Below, one piece after another: positions 63,195 through 64,000 of a DNA stretch of 64,000 nucleotides. The notes under the pieces are model-generated. The model saw only the letters and a list, made by a program, of their open reading frames with translations. It searched no databases and was not told where the DNA came from. The position numbers and the translations under genes were made by a program. The DNA is from an uncultured delta proteobacterium (lineage in GTDB: Bacteria; Myxococcota; UBA727; VGSZ01): the NCBI GenBank assembly GCA_963775425.1, contig CAVZJB010000014.1, forward strand, positions 191,205 to 255,204. The letters run 5' to 3'. How positions within the stretch are numbered: position 1 is the stretch's first letter; each line of letters begins with the position of its first letter.

Positions 63195-64000
63195 GCTCCT
63201 GGCGCGACGTCGACGAGGCGCTCGGGCGCCTCTCCGGCGTCCTGCGCCCGCGCGTGGGCAAGCGCATGGCTGCGCTCTGCCTGAAGAACCTCGTGGACAT
63301 GAAGGAGCGCGGCGTCGACGCGGCGGGCGTGCTCGCGGCCGTTCACGCCGTGCTGGACGCGTACGGGCGCATGCCCTTGAGCGGCACGCCGTTCCCCCTC
63401 GACGTCGCCGCGTCGCTCGGCGCGTCGGGCTGCCGCAAGCTCACGCACCTGAACGTGGCGCGGCCCGTGGACCTGCTGCCGGTGGTGGCGCAGCACGCCG
63501 ACGCGCTGCTGCCCGCCTACGGCGACGATGACGCCGAATTCGCCGCGCGCGTGGCCTGGCGAAACGCGCACCACTTCTTCCTCCACCTCGTCGTCGGCCG
63601 CGCATACGAGCGCAACGACGCGGCCCCCACCGACGTCCTCTTCGCGGCGTGGCAGGCGCAGGGCGCGCGCGGCGTCCCGCTCGGCGCGGTGCCCGCCGAG
63701 CTGGGCGCGCCCGGCGTCGTCTACGCCGGCGGGGTGTTCGAGCCCGATCGCGGCGACCCGGTCGACCTCGCCACCGCCGCCGGGCTGCAGCGCTTCGTCG
63801 CGTTCGTGCCGCTGCGGATCACCCCCGCCACGCTGGCGTGGCTCGTGCGCCTGTTGCGCTTCGTGTTCCCGGGCGCCGTCGCCGAGGGGAGCCTCGCGGT
63901 GGACTGGGAGCCCCACGAGGGGGAGCCGGGCCCGGGCGCGGCGAGCGCGCTCCTCGGGCTCACGGCGCCGCCGCTCGAGGAGCGCGCGTCGGTGCGCTTC
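63191..64000 (+). CDS. Hypothetical protein, runs off the right edge
   Basis: GTGA overlap with the upstream stop. Open frame MSSWRDVDEALGRLSGVLRPRVGKRMAALCLKNLVDMKERG... with GC-rich third codon positions. Not in the ORF track. Confidence 0.7.

Overview
Very GC-rich bacterial chromosomal segment, probably from a Myxococcota/Deltaproteobacteria-type organism (inferred from the DUF1592/DUF1552 pair, DUF4215-type Cys repeats and Ser/Thr kinase). It contains about 55 genes, including pepQ, dnaA, rpmH (absent from the ORF track), rnpA, yjgA/darP, gltA, a Fur/PerR-rubrerythrin-FeS oxidoreductase-DUF3501 cluster, a DUF2760/Hsp70-like locus, a flotillin locus, transporters and signalling genes. I found no rRNA, tRNA or CRISPR. 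Highlights: (1) nine unrelated Cys-rich predicted (lipo)proteins share a (Gly-Glu)n tract soon after the signal peptide. (2) Two tandem lysyl-oxidase-like lipoproteins keep the LTQ Lys/Tyr but lack the copper-binding His motif. (3) A ~7 kb cheB/cheR-fusion + hybrid kinase + archaeal-type SAM synthetase operon sits inside a split duplication of about 235 bp, with no integrase. (4) A di-haem peroxidase gene overlaps a DAHL-like sensor kinase gene. (5) dnaA lacks an adjacent dnaN and canonical DnaA boxes. (6) Two inverted transposase tail relics. (7) A ~640 bp intergenic CGCCGT-based repeat. Several small indels suggest recent mutation or assembly error. Family calls come from motif recognition by eye, not database searches.
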